The notes: generated by a model not told the origin, from the letters alone. A stretch of 64,000 nucleotides of DNA from an uncultured Rivularia sp. (GCA_963665115.1 OY762007.1:7328001-7392000); one strand, 5' to 3'. Positions 9,873 through 20,797 are shown, numbered from the stretch's first letter. Made by a program: numbers and translations.

Positions 9873-10511
9873 TTAAAATACCTGTTCCAACTTCTTAAAA
9901 TCGCGCTGCACCTCATTCATTAAAGACTTATTTTTAGGGTCGGTTTTCAAAGCCTTTTTAAGATAAATCCTTGCCTTAAGCAACTGTTTCTCAGCAATTA
10001 ATGCCCTTCCCCAAAGCTGATATGATATTGCTAACCACTGCCGTACTTCAGCATCATGAGGCAAACGCTCTGCTAAAGCTTCTGCTAATGCAATGGCTTG
10101 CGGGAAACGTCTTTCCTTGAGAAATGTCTGTAGCTGTTCGTAAGTCTTCCACTTTAACCGTCGCTCAATTTCTGCAACATGAGGAGGTTTCGGTTTTGGC
10201 TGCTGTGGCGATTGTGATGGTACCTTCTGTACTTTTTGCTGCCGTGTCTCCTTAACCCGCGTCGATTGTTTTTGCGGCGTTTCAACAGCTTGCGACACGT
10301 TTCTATGTGAATTATCTTCGGTCTGCGGTATAACTTGCAACAGCAGTTTGTATGCCTCAGTTAAAGCAATAAACTTTTCCTTAGCTCTTTCATCATCCGG
10401 GTTAATATCGGGATGATACTGCTGTGCAAGTCGGCGATAAGACGATTTAATATCGGGAAAAGAAGCTCCCGACCTTAAACCCAATAAACGGTAGCAATCT
10501 AAAAGATCCAT
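9873..10511 (-). CDS. DnaJ-domain protein with C-terminal TPR-like helices
   Basis: N-terminal J domain with HPD; C-terminal helical repeat. Confidence 0.9.
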   Translation of the reverse strand: MDLLDCYRLLGLRSGASFPDIKSSYRRLAQQYHPDINPDDERAKEKFIALTEAYKLLLQVIPQTEDNSHRNVSQAVETPQKQSTRVKETRQQKVQKVPSQSPQQPKPKPPHVAEIERRLKWKTYEQLQTFLKERRFPQAIALAEALAERLPHDAEVRQWLAISYQLWGRALIAEKQLLKARIYLKKALKTDPKNKSLMNEVQRDFKKLEQVF

Positions 10512-10798
10512 TTTGAGCTATCAGAAGCACTTTTAACAGCTATCAGCTTACTTAATTATTAAAATTATTCAAGTAAGTGACTGATTATATTACATTTCCA
10601 GCTAATTGCTGAAGCCATTAATGATAAAGACTAAATTTTAAATTTAAAGTTCATCGCGCACAAGTGAGCAGTTCAAAGGTCAAAGGTTAGAGGTTAGAGG
10701 TCAAAGGGGAGAAATTAGGAAAAGAGCAAGACCCAAATAATCAATGAGAAGTAAAGAGTCTTAAACTTTGACCTTTAACCTTTGACCTTTAACTTGAC

Positions 10799-11395
10799 CT
10801 AAACTGGTCGTTCTTCAATCACTTTATCGATCAAGCCATATTCTCTGGCTTCTTCGGCTGACATGAAGAAGTCACGATCCATGTCTTTTTCGATTTTTTC
10901 GATTGATTGACCAGTATTGTTCGCGTAAATACCGTTTAGCTGATGGCGAATTCGGATGATTTCTTTGGCTTCGATTTCGATATCGGTTGCTTGCCCTCTT
11001 GTACCACCGGAAGGTTGGTGAATCATAATCCGCGAATGAGGTAATGCCAATCGCTTACCTTTGGTTCCACCACCTAACAGGAATGAACCCATTGAAGCTG
11101 CTAAACCAAGACATATTGTTACCACGTCAGACTTGATATGCTGCATGGTATCGTAAATCGCCAAGCCGGATGTTACAACGCCACCTGGTGAATTTATGTA
11201 CAGAAAAATATCTTTGCCTGGATCTTCGGAATCAAGGTATAACATGATAGCAATGATTTCGTTGGCTATCTGGTCGTTTACCTCATCACCTAAGAAGATA
11301 ATGCGATCGCGGGCGAGGCGAGTATAGATATTTACCCACTGAGTATACTGTTCCCCTGGTAGTTTATAAGGAACGCTAGGATAGCCTATCGGCAT
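10799..11395 (-). CDS. clpP: Clp protease proteolytic subunit (ClpP3 type)
   Basis: YINSPGG, GLAASMG, RIMIHQP; downstream of clpR. Confidence 0.95.
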   Translation of the reverse strand: MPIGYPSVPYKLPGEQYTQWVNIYTRLARDRIIFLGDEVNDQIANEIIAIMLYLDSEDPGKDIFLYINSPGGVVTSGLAIYDTMQHIKSDVVTICLGLAASMGSFLLGGGTKGKRLALPHSRIMIHQPSGGTRGQATDIEIEAKEIIRIRHQLNGIYANNTGQSIEKIEKDMDRDFFMSAEEAREYGLIDKVIEERPV

Positions 11396-11595
11396 ATTTT
11401 CGACTCCGTTTGTAATTAATTAGGATGAAAATCAAAGTTTAGAAGCTATACCGCAAGTGGGAATAATTTTCACATAGCAATAATTTATTCCTACCCCGAA
11501 GAAGCGATTAACTCTAAATTATTGCAGCGATAAACTGCTTAAAGGATGAACGATTAAATAAATCTCACCCTCTTGCTTAATCTCTACTTACTTGT

Positions 11596-12261
11596 TTATA
11601 AAACTCCAGCTGGTGCGGCAGATTCTGAGTCTAATTGTGCTTTGCTTTCAAAAACTCTATCGATCAAGCCATATTCTACTGCCTGCTCTGGCGGTATGTA
11701 GAATAAGCGATCCATATCTTTTTTAACCTTTGCCTTGTCTTGTCCGGTGTTGAGAGCAAAGATATCAATCATTGCTTCTTTATTTACAAAGACTTCTTTC
11801 GCCATGATTTGAATATCAGTGGCTTGCCCTCTCGTACCGCTGATAGGTTGTTTGAGAACAATAGAAGCATGAGGTAAAGCGGCCCTACAGCCTTTTGTTC
11901 CGGCACTAAGTAACATTGCTGCCATACCCATAGCTTGTCCGATACAAATGGTATGAATAGGAGGTTTTATGTACCTCATTGTATCGTAGATAGCAAAAGC
12001 TTCCGTTTCAAAAGCAATAGGCTGGTCGCCAAAACTTGTACCAACAGAGTTAATATAAATTTTTATTGGCTTATCTGGATCTTCCGATTGCAAATAAAGC
12101 AATTCGGCAATAATTAATTTAGTAACTTCTGGCACCAGTGGCGCTCCCAGGTACACGATACGTTCCTTCAACAATAGTGAAGGTAAGTCTGGGGGTGGCG
12201 TGCGATAAAGATTATCGCCCGTATAAGGCGCTTGCATAGCCTTGATGGGTGAATGTTCCAT
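11596..12261 (-). CDS. clpR: ClpR, non-catalytic Clp subunit
   Basis: RTPPPDLPSLLLKERIVYLG; catalytic Ser/His positions replaced (QAMGMA, VLKQP). Confidence 0.92.
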   Translation of the reverse strand: MEHSPIKAMQAPYTGDNLYRTPPPDLPSLLLKERIVYLGAPLVPEVTKLIIAELLYLQSEDPDKPIKIYINSVGTSFGDQPIAFETEAFAIYDTMRYIKPPIHTICIGQAMGMAAMLLSAGTKGCRAALPHASIVLKQPISGTRGQATDIQIMAKEVFVNKEAMIDIFALNTGQDKAKVKKDMDRLFYIPPEQAVEYGLIDRVFESKAQLDSESAAPAGVL

Positions 12262-12361
12262 TTTCCAACCGTTGCCTGAATTAACGCTATTAACTGTAGA
12301 ACATACTAACGCAACGGATAGCGACTATGAAGGTGTGGATTTCTCGCTTTTTACAACTTTA

Positions 12362-12444
12362 AATTGGTAATTGGTAATTGGTAATTGGTAATTGGTAATT
12401 GGTAATTGGTAATTGGTAATTGGTAATTGGTAATTGGTAATTGG
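12362..12444. repeat. Heptamer tandem array (AATTGGT)n, STRR type
   Basis: About 12 perfect units. Confidence 0.95.
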
Positions 12445-12707
12445 GCATTGGGCATTGAGAATGGGTAATAGGTAATAGTTAGATAGTTAGCAGTTAGGAG
12501 TGATGAGTTAAAAATATTTCCCCTTGTCTCCTTGTCACCCCATCTCCCCACTCTTAAACAAATTTCGGAGCAATTTTATTATCGAGCAAGTGAAAATATG
12601 AATATCATTTAATATATTGAAGCCTTACAGGAGTTTTCCGTAGCGAGTTAGCTGCTCAGTGAGGTTATTTATATATAATATAGTCCGTGCAAGGAACCGC
12701 AACTAAT

Positions 12708-13955
12708 ATGAAAGTAAGCTTGTTGCCCGAACTCAATGATAGCAATCTGGACGTAAATCAATCAAGTTCTCAACGTCAGTTAGCAGTTTCTCTAACCGCT
12801 AAGGTGGAAAATCTCGACCGTAGCGTTCCCCTTAATTTATGCTTGATTTTAGACCATAGCGGTTCCATGAATGGTCGTCCGCTGGAAACTGTTAAAAAAG
12901 CCGCAAACCGCATCGTCGATCGACTCAAAAATGGCGATCGCCTCAGTATTGTAGTTTTCGATCATCGAGCTAAGGTACTGGTTCCGAACCAGGTAATTGA
13001 AGATAGGGAAGGTATAAAACAACAGATAAACCGTCTCAGTGCGGATGGCGGTACTTCTATTGATGAAGGTTTGCGTTTGGGAATAGAGGAATTAGCTAAG
13101 GGCAAAAAAGAAGCTATTTCTCAAGCTTTTTTATTAACTGATGGTGAAAACGAACACGGTGATAACAATCGCTGTCTTAAATTTGCTCAATTAGCTATCG
13201 ATTACAGTTTAACTCTTAATTCTCTAGGGTTTGGCGATAATTGGAACCAAGATGTTCTCGAACAAATCGCTGATGCTGGCGGTGGTAGTTTGTCGCATAT
13301 TGCCCAGCCAGAGGAAGCCGAAAATAAATTTAATCAATTATTCAGCCGCATTCAAACTGTAGGTTTAACCAATGCTTATCTGCTATTTTCTTTGATGCCC
13401 AAGGTTCGCTTAGCTGAACTCAAACCCGTGGCTCAAGTATACCCCGATACTATCGAATTGCCAGTGCAACAAGAAACAGACGGACGTTTCGCAGTACGTT
13501 TGGGTGACTTGATGAAAGATAGCAAAAGAACAGTTTTAGCAAATATTTATTTAGGACAATTTGCCGAAGGTAATCATACAGTAGCTCAACTACAGGTTCG
13601 TTACGACGATCCAACGAGCAATATGACGGGATTGATCTCAGATACTATCCCCATAGAAATTAACGTAACTTCTTCATATCAACCCGTAGTTAATCCACAA
13701 GTTCAGCCTCATGTTTTAGCATTAGCAAAATATCGGCAAACTCAGCTTGCAGAAGCCAAGCTGCAACAAGGAGATAGAGCGGGTGCTGCGACTATGTTGC
13801 AAACCGCAGCCAAAACAGCTTTGCAGATGGGAGATAGCGGTGCAGCAACCGTTTTACAAACTTCTGCAACTCGTTTGCAATCTGGAGAAGAACTTTCAGA
13901 AGCTGACAAGAAGAAAACCAGAATCGTTTCCAAAACTACACTGCAAGATTCTTGA
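12708..13955 (+). CDS. vWA domain protein (YfbK-like)
   Basis: MIDAS LDHSGSM, GGT, LLTDG. Confidence 0.9.
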   Translation: MKVSLLPELNDSNLDVNQSSSQRQLAVSLTAKVENLDRSVPLNLCLILDHSGSMNGRPLETVKKAANRIVDRLKNGDRLSIVVFDHRAKVLVPNQVIEDREGIKQQINRLSADGGTSIDEGLRLGIEELAKGKKEAISQAFLLTDGENEHGDNNRCLKFAQLAIDYSLTLNSLGFGDNWNQDVLEQIADAGGGSLSHIAQPEEAENKFNQLFSRIQTVGLTNAYLLFSLMPKVRLAELKPVAQVYPDTIELPVQQETDGRFAVRLGDLMKDSKRTVLANIYLGQFAEGNHTVAQLQVRYDDPTSNMTGLISDTIPIEINVTSSYQPVVNPQVQPHVLALAKYRQTQLAEAKLQQGDRAGAATMLQTAAKTALQMGDSGAATVLQTSATRLQSGEELSEADKKKTRIVSKTTLQDS

Positions 13956-14156
13956 TTATTTAATTAGAAATTGGGAATTGAGAATTGGGCATTAGGAATT
14001 GGGCATTGGGACAAGGTAACAAGTTAAACTTTGAAGTACTACAAAATATTCCCTGTATCCTCTTCCCCAAGCTAAAATTCTAACTACCGCTCCCTTTCCC
14101 CCTTCTCCGTTCCCTATTCCTTATTCAAAAAAAATCTTAAATTAATATAATTTACG

Positions 14157-14252
14157 CTTGACGAAACCTCTATCTTGGCTGATGAAAATCTGTCAAGGTA
14201 AGTTTTTTCTGTGAAACAAGAATCCCCTGCATTCATGCGTGGGGAGTGTCAA
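14157..14252 (+). mobile_element. IS200/IS605-family (tnpB-type) end remnant or mini-element
   Basis: gtgaaacaagaatcccctgcattcatgcgtggggagtgtcaa resembles the right-end hairpin plus GTCAA of cyanobacterial tnpB elements; preceded by a cttgac..gtcaag stem. Confidence 0.65.
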
Positions 14253-14970
14253 GCAGTTAGCAAAGCAAATTAAGCGAAAAAGTCATACGCAAATATTTTA
14301 ACCCCAAAAAATTATTTAGACCTCTTTCGAGTGGAGTAAGATTTTTTTTAATTTTTGACACTTTGGAAAGGGTCTTTTGCACTATCTTCCTTAGCTATAA
14401 TAAGTTACTCTTAAACATAACTTTGCAAGGCTAAAACAATAGTCAATGAGAATTAAACACATCTAAATAGATATGAAAGTATAAGCTATTCTGGCTTGCT
14501 TTTTTATCAGGATAATTTTACAAATTTATTCGTTAAAATACTATATAAGCTTCAAAAAAAAGCTTTTGTAAAACAATTGACTATTACCTATGTATATTTG
14601 CTATGGTTATGAAATGCGAAACCTATCGTACTACTTAGATCTTGCTTAAATTAGGAGTTTTTTTCGCTTCTCAAAGTCCCACAGAATGAAAAGTAATTAA
14701 ATAAATATTTGCACCTTAATTGATATTGCAATGTATTAATAGATGAGTATCAAATATAGCTTATTTAATTGCTAATCTACGATAAACGGCTTTTTAACTT
14801 ACTGATTACAAGCTGATAATAATTTTTTTTTACAAAAAAATATCACTATACGTATTTTTATCTCATCTGAAAAAATCACTATCTTGTCACATAAATATCA
14901 TAGTATAGTAATTAACCGTATTTCAAATTTTCATTTTCTAAAATAAAAGTATAATATAGACTCTAACTTT

Positions 14971-15267
14971 ATGAAACTTTCAGTAGAAATGCAATCACAG
15001 CTTATCGTAACTTGTGTCAAAGACTTAACCCACCTTAAATACGGTAGCTTAAGTAAGTGGTCATTATATAGCAATTTCACGGTTAAATATGAATGGCACT
15101 GTCCGGAGAAAAACAGTCATCGCAAACAAGAAATAGACTTTGAAAACTTGCCATTAGAAACACAGATTATGGTCGCAAAAAAGGCTACTAAAAGTCCTTT
15201 GCTGAAGACACTTGAGGATGACAAACAGTTAATGCTGGTTCATCTTGCGGTTATGGATAATAAATAA
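14971..15267 (+). CDS. Hypothetical protein
   Basis: 98-aa ATG ORF after an AT-rich region; no recognised motif. Confidence 0.5.
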   Translation: MKLSVEMQSQLIVTCVKDLTHLKYGSLSKWSLYSNFTVKYEWHCPEKNSHRKQEIDFENLPLETQIMVAKKATKSPLLKTLEDDKQLMLVHLAVMDNK

Positions 15268-15372
15268 ACAGGTGGATGAATTGTCGATCGTAGTCCTAAA
15301 CGTAACACTTACCCCTTTTCAAAAGCGACCTTGCAATGGAATACTTCTAGACGGAAGCTTCTAAAAACCATT

Positions 15373-16173
15373 GTGAAACGAAACTTAGTTTTTGTTATTT
15401 CTGTATTCCTATTCGCTTTGATTACTGGCTGTGAGCTGCTGTTGCAACAACCAGTTAATCCTCATTTAGCAATGGGTAATCCCAGTAATGCGGGGGAAAA
15501 TCCGAATAACTATTTGATGATAAAACCCGACTACGCTTTATCATACAGTCGGGAACGAGGTACGCCAAATTGGGTAGCTTGGCAACTCAATCAAAGCTGG
15601 TTGGGTAATACCGAACGTCAAGACGATTTTCGTCCCGATGATTCGCTGCCATCAGATTGGTATCGCGTCAAACCGAACGATTACACTGGTAGCGGTTACG
15701 ACCGAGGACATATGGTTCCTTCTGCCGATCGCACTGCCAGCGTACAAGATAATTCAGCTACTTTCTTAATGACTAACATCATTCCGCAAACTCCCGAGAA
15801 TAATCGGGGTGCATGGCGAGAATTAGAAGAATATTGCCGTTATTTAGTAAAGCAAGGTAAAGAACTTTATATTATTGCTGGTGTTGATGGTGGCTCTAAA
15901 AAAATTGGTAGAAAAAAAGAAGTTACCGCACCTGCATATACTTGGAAAGTGATTGTAGTTTTAGATAAACCCGGACAAGGTTTGCAAGGAATATCTAAAA
16001 ATACAAGAGTTATCGCTGTAAACGTAACCAACCGTCAAAATACCGCCGATGACTGGGAAAGATATATAGTCTCAGTCGATCAAATAGAAGCCAAAACTGG
16101 TTACAACTTTTTGACTAAAGTACCAGAATCTATTCAGCAAGTAATTGAAAGTCGAATTGATCGAAAAAGGTGA
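15373..16173 (+). CDS. nucA: Sugar-non-specific DNA/RNA endonuclease NucA, probable lipoprotein
   Basis: YDRGHMVPS active-site motif, NIIPQTPENNRGAW; lipobox LITGC after a GTG start at 15373. Confidence 0.93.
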   Translation: MKRNLVFVISVFLFALITGCELLLQQPVNPHLAMGNPSNAGENPNNYLMIKPDYALSYSRERGTPNWVAWQLNQSWLGNTERQDDFRPDDSLPSDWYRVKPNDYTGSGYDRGHMVPSADRTASVQDNSATFLMTNIIPQTPENNRGAWRELEEYCRYLVKQGKELYIIAGVDGGSKKIGRKKEVTAPAYTWKVIVVLDKPGQGLQGISKNTRVIAVNVTNRQNTADDWERYIVSVDQIEAKTGYNFLTKVPESIQQVIESRIDRKR

Positions 16174-16229
16174 TTGGGATTGGGGATTGGGCATAGGGAC
16201 ATAGGCAATTGATAATTGATAATTGATTA

Positions 16230-16640
16230 TTAAGTTTCAACAGCTTTTGTTGACAAACCAACCCAATCTCCCGATTTCAATTGTCCGACAATGTAAACAT
16301 CTATTTCAACGTCACCAATCTTGTAAACTTGGATGTTGTTTAGGTTTTGCTTTAAAGTTTCTACAAGAGCTTGATATTTTTTCGCTGTTTCCCTTTCTTC
16401 GGAGTCGTACCAGTCTTTTTCATCTGTAGCTCGCCCAAAAAAATTTTCCATATCTATTACCTTGACAGAAGCATCGAGGGAATGATGAGTTTTTTGTAAT
16501 AGATTCTGCTCGTTGACTTCTTTAACCTCTTGATTTGACCATGTAAAAGTATCAAAAGGATAATCAGATTCGCTCATCCACAGTAAATCTTGGGAAAGCG
16601 ATTTGATTTTTTTGGGAATATCAAATTCGTTGTCGTTCAT
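16230..16640 (-). CDS. nuiA: Nuclease A inhibitor NuiA
   Basis: LLWMSESDYPF and C-terminal GLSTKAVET; convergent with nucA. Confidence 0.93.
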   Translation of the reverse strand: MNDNEFDIPKKIKSLSQDLLWMSESDYPFDTFTWSNQEVKEVNEQNLLQKTHHSLDASVKVIDMENFFGRATDEKDWYDSEERETAKKYQALVETLKQNLNNIQVYKIGDVEIDVYIVGQLKSGDWVGLSTKAVET

Positions 16641-16744
16641 AATTGAATAAGGTAAAGGTTAAAGGTTAAAATTACTAGTTATTAGCATTCAATTTTTAAC
16701 TCCTAATTTTTAATTCCTAACTCCTAACTCTCAATTAATTAAAA

Positions 16745-16927
16745 TTACTTTTTCTTCGCCTTCCAAGTTCCACCATAAACATAAAATGGGTTATTCTGAC
16801 TAACTGTTTCCCAACATTGGGGACATAGAAAAACCCAATCGCCATCTTCAAGATATTTGACTCTGTAAAGAATTGATGCGGGTTGACTGCAAAGGTAGCA
16901 TAATTTGCTGCGTAACGGACGTACCAT
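16745..16927 (-). CDS. Small Cys-motif (CxxC...CxxC) protein
   Basis: CYLC...CPQCW...YVYGGTWKAKKK; 60 aa. Confidence 0.7.
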   Translation of the reverse strand: MVRPLRSKLCYLCSQPASILYRVKYLEDGDWVFLCPQCWETVSQNNPFYVYGGTWKAKKK

Positions 16928-17256
16928 TTATTTCAATTATCAATTATCAATTATCAATTATCAATTATCCGCCTTTTCTACCTTCTCTCTCCCCTTCCTT
17001 TGTTTACCGCTTAAATTTAATATGGTGAAGGTAATAATATTCGACCACATTAACTCTGATAGGTATGTCCTATCGGACACGCCCAATACCTACGGTACGC
17101 TTCGCTAGCCGCCGCACGCTCCCCGTGTTCAGCTTACTGGCTCGTTAAAGTAACGCTAACGTAGTGAGGAATGCCCGTCCTAAATCCGAGCGCTAAAGCA
17201 CCAACTACAAACCTTATTACTCCTCAAAACTTATGTAGTTAAATAGTAGTAATTGA

Positions 17257-17453
17257 TTGCATAAATTCTTAAGGGTTCGTTTTTCCCGTAACCTTCGGGA
17301 GACGTTATGTATAACGTCTCTACAACCCATCGGAATTAATGAAATGTAGTAGTAGTAGTAGTCCTTTTCATTAGTTTTAATTGGTTGTAGAGACGTAGCA
17401 GTGCTACGTCTCCCGACGTTAGGTCGAAAACGAACCCCTCAGAATTTATGCAA
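17257..17453. mobile_element. MITE-like element with long inverted arms, each carrying a REP hairpin
   Basis: ttgcataaattct..gggttcgttttt..gggagacgttatgtataacgtctctacaacc / ggttgtagagacgtagcagtgctacgtctccc..aaaacgaaccc..agaatttatgcaa. Confidence 0.75.
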
Positions 17454-17500
17454 AGGACTAGTAGTACTCCGCTACATTAATTACGAGGGGCAACACATTT

Positions 17501-17607
17501 GTAGTGGGAGCGTCTCGCTCCCTGGTTGTATAGTTGTCTCGCTCCCTGGTTGTATAGCTATCTCATCCGCTACTTGTATAGTTGTCTTGCTCCCTGCTTG
17601 TATAATT
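17501..17607. repeat. GTAG-type REP hairpin extended into four degenerate 24-bp tandem units
   Basis: gtagtgggagcgtctcgctccc, then gtctcgctccctggttgtatagtt x4 with decay; inverse REP copy at 55545-55567. Confidence 0.7.
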
Positions 17608-17728
17608 ATAAAGATTTTGGGTTGATTGCTATGCTTTCAAAAAAAAATCGATGCAGTTAAACCACATCGACGCATAAATTCATAAACTTAAATGGAATTA
17701 TGGAATTGTTGAAACAGATTTCCAACAT

Positions 17729-18805
17729 TTAAGCAAATGCAGAAGCTTGGGGCTTAGCAAAAATCATTCTACCGGCAGAAGTCTGCAATGAACTGGTAAC
17801 AACTACTCGTACTTCACCACCGACAAAAGGACTTCCTTCCTCAACTACCACCATCGTACCGTCATCTAAATAGCCGATACCTTGACTGGGTTCTTTGCCT
17901 TCTTTGAGTATTTTCAAGTCGATGTGATCGCCTGGTAAATAATTCGGACGTACCGCATTTACCAAATCGTTAACATTCAAAACAGGTACTTTCTGCACGC
18001 TGGCAACTTTCGATAAGTTGTAATCGTTGGTTAACAAAGTCGCGTTGATTTCTTGAGCAAACCTAACCAACTTCGCATCTACCGTCGCAATTTCTTCGTA
18101 ATCAAGCGAGTTAATCACAATGCGTTCGGGATAAGACTTCTTAATCCGATTGAGAATCTCTAATCCCCGTCTTCCTCGTACCCGCTTTTGATCTTTGCTA
18201 GCATCAGCGACTTGCTGTAACTCCAACAAAATAAATTGCGGTACGATAATTTGTCCTTCTAAAAAGCCGGTATCTAGTAACGTTTCAATACGACCATCAA
18301 TTATACAGCTAGTATCTAAAACCTTTGTGGCAGCAGGCTTTAGAGTCCCTTCTGCCACCATTGTTTCTACCGTATTAGGATTTATTAATCGTAATAATCC
18401 GCGTCCATGAGTATCAGCTAAATTCATGCCAGTATACGATAGGGTGATACTACCCATAACGGCGACTAATGGCTTAATAAAGCTGAAATCATCGGGGATC
18501 GGTAGTAAGAATAGTGGCGCTAACATTAAGTTAGCTACCAACAATCCAATTACTAAACCAATTGAACGTGTCAGAATTACTTCTAGTGGCAATTCTCGGA
18601 CTTGGGCTTCCAAACGACGATATCCGGTTTGGACTCGCAGCCCAATCGCACCGCCAATAATGGCAGCAAAAGCCGCAACTACTAAACGTAAAGCTTCTAG
18701 GTTGCTTACACTATCTAACGTACCATTCGGTAGTAAATCGATGCTGTAGTAACCTGTCCCCGTTGCTGCTAGGACGAATGAGAAAATTATAATAGCGTCA
18801 AACAT
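17729..18805 (-). CDS. PIN/TRAM domain membrane protein (YacL-like)
   Basis: TM helices, KVLDTSCIIDGRI, LLTNDYNL, GYLDDGTMVVVE. Confidence 0.93.
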   Translation of the reverse strand: MFDAIIIFSFVLAATGTGYYSIDLLPNGTLDSVSNLEALRLVVAAFAAIIGGAIGLRVQTGYRRLEAQVRELPLEVILTRSIGLVIGLLVANLMLAPLFLLPIPDDFSFIKPLVAVMGSITLSYTGMNLADTHGRGLLRLINPNTVETMVAEGTLKPAATKVLDTSCIIDGRIETLLDTGFLEGQIIVPQFILLELQQVADASKDQKRVRGRRGLEILNRIKKSYPERIVINSLDYEEIATVDAKLVRFAQEINATLLTNDYNLSKVASVQKVPVLNVNDLVNAVRPNYLPGDHIDLKILKEGKEPSQGIGYLDDGTMVVVEEGSPFVGGEVRVVVTSSLQTSAGRMIFAKPQASAFA

Positions 18806-19065
18806 GATTTGATTGTGTTGTTTTCCTGCAACTGCATTACCCGATTTACTCAAGTAACTTTGTATATAATCTGGTTAAAAATAGAGATAAATATTTGCAG
18901 TGAACTTACAGGCTTGTTAATAAACCATCTGCAATCATTATAACCAAATATTCTCAGCTTTTTTATTCTGCTTGTATTGTCATAAATCCATACAAAAATG
19001 TAGATTTCTCATTAATATTTACTATTTCTAATTCATTCGTAATCTAAATTAAATTATTTCTCATA

Positions 19066-20253
19066 ATGCCCGAAAAACTAGCTAATACAATGATTTCAGG
19101 CTCTGTAAATGCAGCTTACATACATATTCCTTTTTGTAGACGACGCTGCTTTTATTGTGATTTTCCCATATATGTGGTAGGAAACACCAAGCGCGGCGAA
19201 ACATCCGGCGCAATCTCTCAATATGTTGAAGTATTATGTCAAGAAATTGTCACTATACAAACTAATCATAAACCTTTAGAAACAATTTTTTTTGGTGGTG
19301 GTACTCCTTCATTACTTTCAACGCAACAACTACAAAGAATATTAGAAGTTTTAGATGGGAAATTCGGGATTGACAAACGTGCAGAAATTTCAATGGAAAT
19401 CGATCCAGGTACTTTTGATAAACAACATTTGCAAGGATATGTAAATGCAGGTGTAAATCGCATGAGTTTGGGAGTACAGGCTTTTCAAGAAGAATTATTG
19501 CAAGCTTGCGGACGCTTTCACTCGGTTTCAGATATTTTTACAGCTGTGGATCTACTTCAAGCTGCCGAGATTGCTAACTTCAGCATAGACTTAATTTCCG
19601 GTTTACCGCATCAAACCTTGGATATATGGCAACAATCTCTAGAGCAAGCAATCAAAATTACGCCCATGCATATATCTATATATGACCTAACGATAGAACC
19701 TGGTACCGCTTTCGGGCGTTATTATCAACCAGGCGATCGCCCTTTACCTACGGATGAAACAACTGTAAAAATGTACCGTATGGCACAAGAAATTCTAACT
19801 AATGCAGGTTACGAACATTATGAAATTTCCAATTATGCCAAACCAGGATATCAGTGCCGTCACAACCGAGTTTACTGGGAAAATCGTCCTTATTTCGGTT
19901 TCGGAATGGGAGCAGCAAGTTATTCTCAAGGGAAACGCTTCAACCGTCCCCGCAAAACTAAAGAATACTATGCTTGGGTAAATGCTGGAAGTATAATTGA
20001 TTGCGATATTACAACGCCCCATGAAGTTTTATTAGAAACCCTAATGTTGGGGTTACGTTTGGCAGAAGGGGTTAATTTGCAAATATTAACAGCACAATTT
20101 GGTAAAAACAAAATTGAAAAAGTATTACAAGTGTTGCAACCTTATATGGAGAAAGGTTGGGTACAAGTAGTAGATGAAAGGTTACAACTACAAGATCCCG
20201 ATGGGTTTTTGTTTTCTAACGTAGTGTTAGCAGAGTTGTTTGAGAAACTTTAA
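19066..20253 (+). CDS. hemW: Radical SAM heme chaperone HemW (HemN-like)
   Basis: YIHIPFCRRRCFYCDF, GGGTPS, YEISNYA, HNRVYW. Confidence 0.92.
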   Translation: MPEKLANTMISGSVNAAYIHIPFCRRRCFYCDFPIYVVGNTKRGETSGAISQYVEVLCQEIVTIQTNHKPLETIFFGGGTPSLLSTQQLQRILEVLDGKFGIDKRAEISMEIDPGTFDKQHLQGYVNAGVNRMSLGVQAFQEELLQACGRFHSVSDIFTAVDLLQAAEIANFSIDLISGLPHQTLDIWQQSLEQAIKITPMHISIYDLTIEPGTAFGRYYQPGDRPLPTDETTVKMYRMAQEILTNAGYEHYEISNYAKPGYQCRHNRVYWENRPYFGFGMGAASYSQGKRFNRPRKTKEYYAWVNAGSIIDCDITTPHEVLLETLMLGLRLAEGVNLQILTAQFGKNKIEKVLQVLQPYMEKGWVQVVDERLQLQDPDGFLFSNVVLAELFEKL

Positions 20254-20392
20254 AAGTTGCCCGCTTAAACACTTATCATATATGTGGGGATTGGTAATTG
20301 GTAATTGGTAATAATAAATGGCTATACCATCCGTAGAGTGTCTGAGCTTATATAAATTCCTCATTAACCAAAAGTAAAAATTAAATCTAACA

Positions 20393-20797
20393 ATGGAACC
20401 CTTTGTAAAAAATCTTATCGACATCGCAATTAGTACCTGCCAACTATTAGCCCTTTTCGTAATTTCTATAGGACTAATTAAAGGTTTTATTATATTTTTA
20501 AGAAATGCTTTATCCTTTTCAAACTCATCCAAAATGTTCCAAGAAAGCCGGTTACAAATGGGTTACTCGTTTTCTTTGGGATTAAACTTTTTGGTTGGAG
20601 GAAGTATTCTTAGAACTACCATAACTCCTAGCTGGGAAGATATAGGAAGGTTAGCTGTAATCATTGTGATTCGCACCATTTTGAACTATTTGCTGCTACA
20701 AAATATAGACAAACCCGTGCGAAGAGATGGTTTATCTCAATCGGATAATTTTAAGAAGGCGAGCGATCAATCTTTGTATGAAAACATGAAAGATTAA
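20393..20797 (+). CDS. DUF1622 membrane protein
   Basis: RLQMGYSFSLGLNFLVGGSILRT..PSWEDIGRLAVIIVIRTILNY. Confidence 0.8.
   Translation: MEPFVKNLIDIAISTCQLLALFVISIGLIKGFIIFLRNALSFSNSSKMFQESRLQMGYSFSLGLNFLVGGSILRTTITPSWEDIGRLAVIIVIRTILNYLLLQNIDKPVRRDGLSQSDNFKKASDQSLYENMKD

Noticed and set aside
12351..12551. ORF with PITNYQL repeats (similarly 53923-54420, 39377-39811, 36965-37255, 16905-17108)
   Set aside because: Translations of heptamer STRR arrays
14318..14375. Degenerate inverted repeat agacctctttcgagtg..cactttggaaagggtct
   Set aside because: Too short and mismatched to call a MITE from one copy
17512..17607. 24-bp repeats as a mini CRISPR array
   Set aside because: No spacers and no cas genes; it is a tandem minisatellite
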